DNA of 64,000 nucleotides from Psilocybe cubensis (Eukaryota): NCBI GenBank assembly GCA_017499595.2, contig CM039002.1, positions 3,534,001 to 3,598,000 of the forward strand, read 5' to 3'. Shown piece by piece: positions 61,871 to 64,000 of this stretch (position 1 is its first letter; each line of letters starts with the position of its first letter). The notes under the pieces were generated by a model. It saw only the letters and a program-made list of their open reading frames with translations, ran no database searches and was not told where the DNA came from. The position numbers and the translations under genes were made by a program.

Positions 61871-62291
61871 CTTTTCTTTTTGAGTTTGGGGGAAGGGGGC
61901 GGTCGTCTAACTCTCCCTCTCCTCACTCATCCCGCTACTTACCGGTTAGTCACTCTCAGACTAAAACAACGAAGTCAATTCGAACTAATGAAATGAAATG
62001 GAAAGAAATAGAAACAAAGAGGATGGCATTGGATAGGGTAGGGTTGATAAATTAATACGACACACGCAATACGAAAGCCAATCAATCTAACTAACGCCAA
62101 CACCCCCAAAAACAAAACATCACCACCGACAGTCCGTACATTACACATCAACGCGATGAGAAGCGATAGGCTGCAATAGATACATACATACTTATGTACA
62201 TATACGTGCTATGCTGATGTACACCTCCCATCCCGCATCCCACCTCCTGTCCCACCTCCTTTACCCACACAAAACGCCCAGCTCAAATCAT

Positions 62292-63205
62292 CTAATCTAT
62301 TATAACTTGATCGTCCCTTTCCCAATACTTTTCTCTGCTTCTGCGATTGCAGCTGGGTCTGTTTGAGGACCTGATGCGGCTGTGGGGTGGATATTTCATT
62401 GGTTTTTTTAGCGAGTGTGTTAGGGTGTGAGGGTGACGGGGTGCCTCATTGGATGTATGTCTATGTGTATGTGGGATACGAGGTGGAAAGTGCCGAGTGG
62501 TAAGGTAGAAAAGGAGAGGGAGAGGGAGAGGGAGAGGGAGAGGGAGAGGGAGAGGGAGAGGGAGAGGGAGAGGGAGAGGGAGAGGGAGAGGGAGAGGGAG
62601 AGGGAGAGGGAGAGGGAGAGGGAGAGGGAGAGGGAGAGGGAGAGGGAGAGGGAGAGGGAGAGGGAGGGATGGGAACCACATCACACCACACCACACCCCG
62701 CTCTCCAAGCACCAAGCACCCACCACCCAACACACCACACCACACCTCGGACATCAGCGCTCAGCCCGCAAGCCGCGTGCGCATAACCAATCCCCAATCC
62801 CCGGACACCGAGTCCGCCACCTCCAAACATAGACGCAACCTTGATCATGAATGGCCTCTTCAATTCATCTTTAGCCTCTGCACCAAAAAGGTGGATCTTG
62901 ACATGCTTGCCGTCGTAGAGGTTCTTGATGCCCATGAGACCCTGCATGAAGAGGGGCTGGGTGAAGTGGAACTAGAAGTGCATGACAGCCATCATGGCAA
63001 GGGACATGTATGTTGAGCGTAGCCGTGTGTCTTTGGGGGAGGGTGAGTTGGGTTGGGTTGGAAGGGAATGTGGGAGGGTCATACGAGTTTGGAGGTTTCG
63101 GAGAGGTCGTAGTCGCGCACGGTGTAGCGACTAGCTGTGGTGCGTCTTGAGACTATGGCAAATCAGAGGGTGATCGGTTAATGAGGGTTGGCGGGCTCCA
63201 CTATC
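62292..63205 (-). pseudogene. PHO88/SND3 partial pseudogene (exons 4-7 only)
   Basis: QGLMGIKNLYDGKHVKIHLFGAEAKDELKRPF retained; 1-nt deletion in the TTVRDYD exon (~63125); stop codon altered; exons 1-3 absent. Confidence 0.85.
62513..62668. repeat. (GAGAGG)n microsatellite, about 26 units
   Basis: Directly visible perfect hexamer array in the pseudogene intron. Confidence 0.95.
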
Positions 63206-64000
63206 CCAAGGATGAGCACACAGTCCAAAGCCCAAGAAACAATCAGTGCTGATCCAGCTTTGCATATCCATTAGTTGTGGCTCACAATTGAAGCTGAAAG
63301 TGCCCACCTATTGTGCAAAGAACCCAGGTTCAACTACTGAATGGAGCCTTATACCATGTTATTTCCTAACCATTCCATCCAAGCGCTGAGATACACTTTT
63401 TCTTCGCCCAGTACGGATGGGAAAGATGTCTATTCAATGGCGGGGTAAGTCCCCGCCCTGATGGACAAAATCACAACGTCAACTTCCCCAATGCAGAGTA
63501 ATCAATGATTGTATGTACGAAGGAAGAGAAGGGGGAGGGAGAGGGGGTTGTGGTATCGGTAGAAAAGATGCGGTGAATGAGGTGGTAGTTATCAAAGAAA
63601 AATCAGCAGCTGGCAGACTCGGCCCCACAGAGACTCGTCGACAAAGACGCGACTGGGACCACCGCAGCCGCCTCAAAGGGACTTATCCGCAAGTATTTCT
63701 CCAACGATTATGGAGAACCCGGATGCGAAGGAGATTCAAAGGCGTGAAATGGCAATGAAGAAGGTGAGCAACATACGAAAACACACACAATCACTCACAT
63801 GCTCGTGATCACCCACAAACTCCCGTACTCCTTCACAACCTACCGCTGAAACACAGGTCTGACGCCTAAATTCTCCACAAGATCGTCAACGTGATGCATC
63901 TCCTCATCTTCCTTATACCCCCGCAAACCCACGCCTAACTACACTCTTATACATACCATTGATGTGCATATCTGAGTGCATATACACGCTCATAGCGCCT

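Noticed and set aside
62292..62786. Poly-ER / poly-LP / poly-SP proteins
   Set aside because: These are translations of the (GAGAGG)n microsatellite.
63400..64000. Possible minus-strand exons at the window end
   Set aside because: Splice-like words are present, but there is no coherent reading frame within the window.

Overview
Intron-rich fungal DNA; the gene content suggests a mushroom-forming basidiomycete (inferred from GT-AG introns of ~50-60 nt and the gene families present). The left half is an accessory island of secreted proteins. It holds a GH78 alpha-L-rhamnosidase split by a full-length LINE (12-bp TSD, poly-A, one nonsense codon in ORF2), a multi-pass membrane protein and several small secreted proteins. 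The main finding only appears after manual splicing: three paralogous genes (18.8, 28.3, 35.8 kb) encode a secreted, probably Kex2-processed, 8-Cys protein with the ordered motifs of bacterial EndoU ribonuclease toxins (HxxHG...GRH...KSLW...TCYH). Two of the three sit head-to-head (~0.7 kb) with an intronless, signal-less ~458-aa beta-rich gene, a candidate fungal toxin/immunity module. Two tiny secreted peptide genes share an E-x-x-H-I-x-C-x3-P-C-P motif, an intron position and upstream DNA motifs. The right half (30-63 kb) is a set of nested fold-back inverted duplications around an SLM1-like BAR-PH gene and PHO88/SND3, with TIR elements, microsatellite-expanded introns and two perfect ~255-bp tandem duplications that may be assembly artefacts. 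All gene models and family calls were made by eye; no database searches were run.
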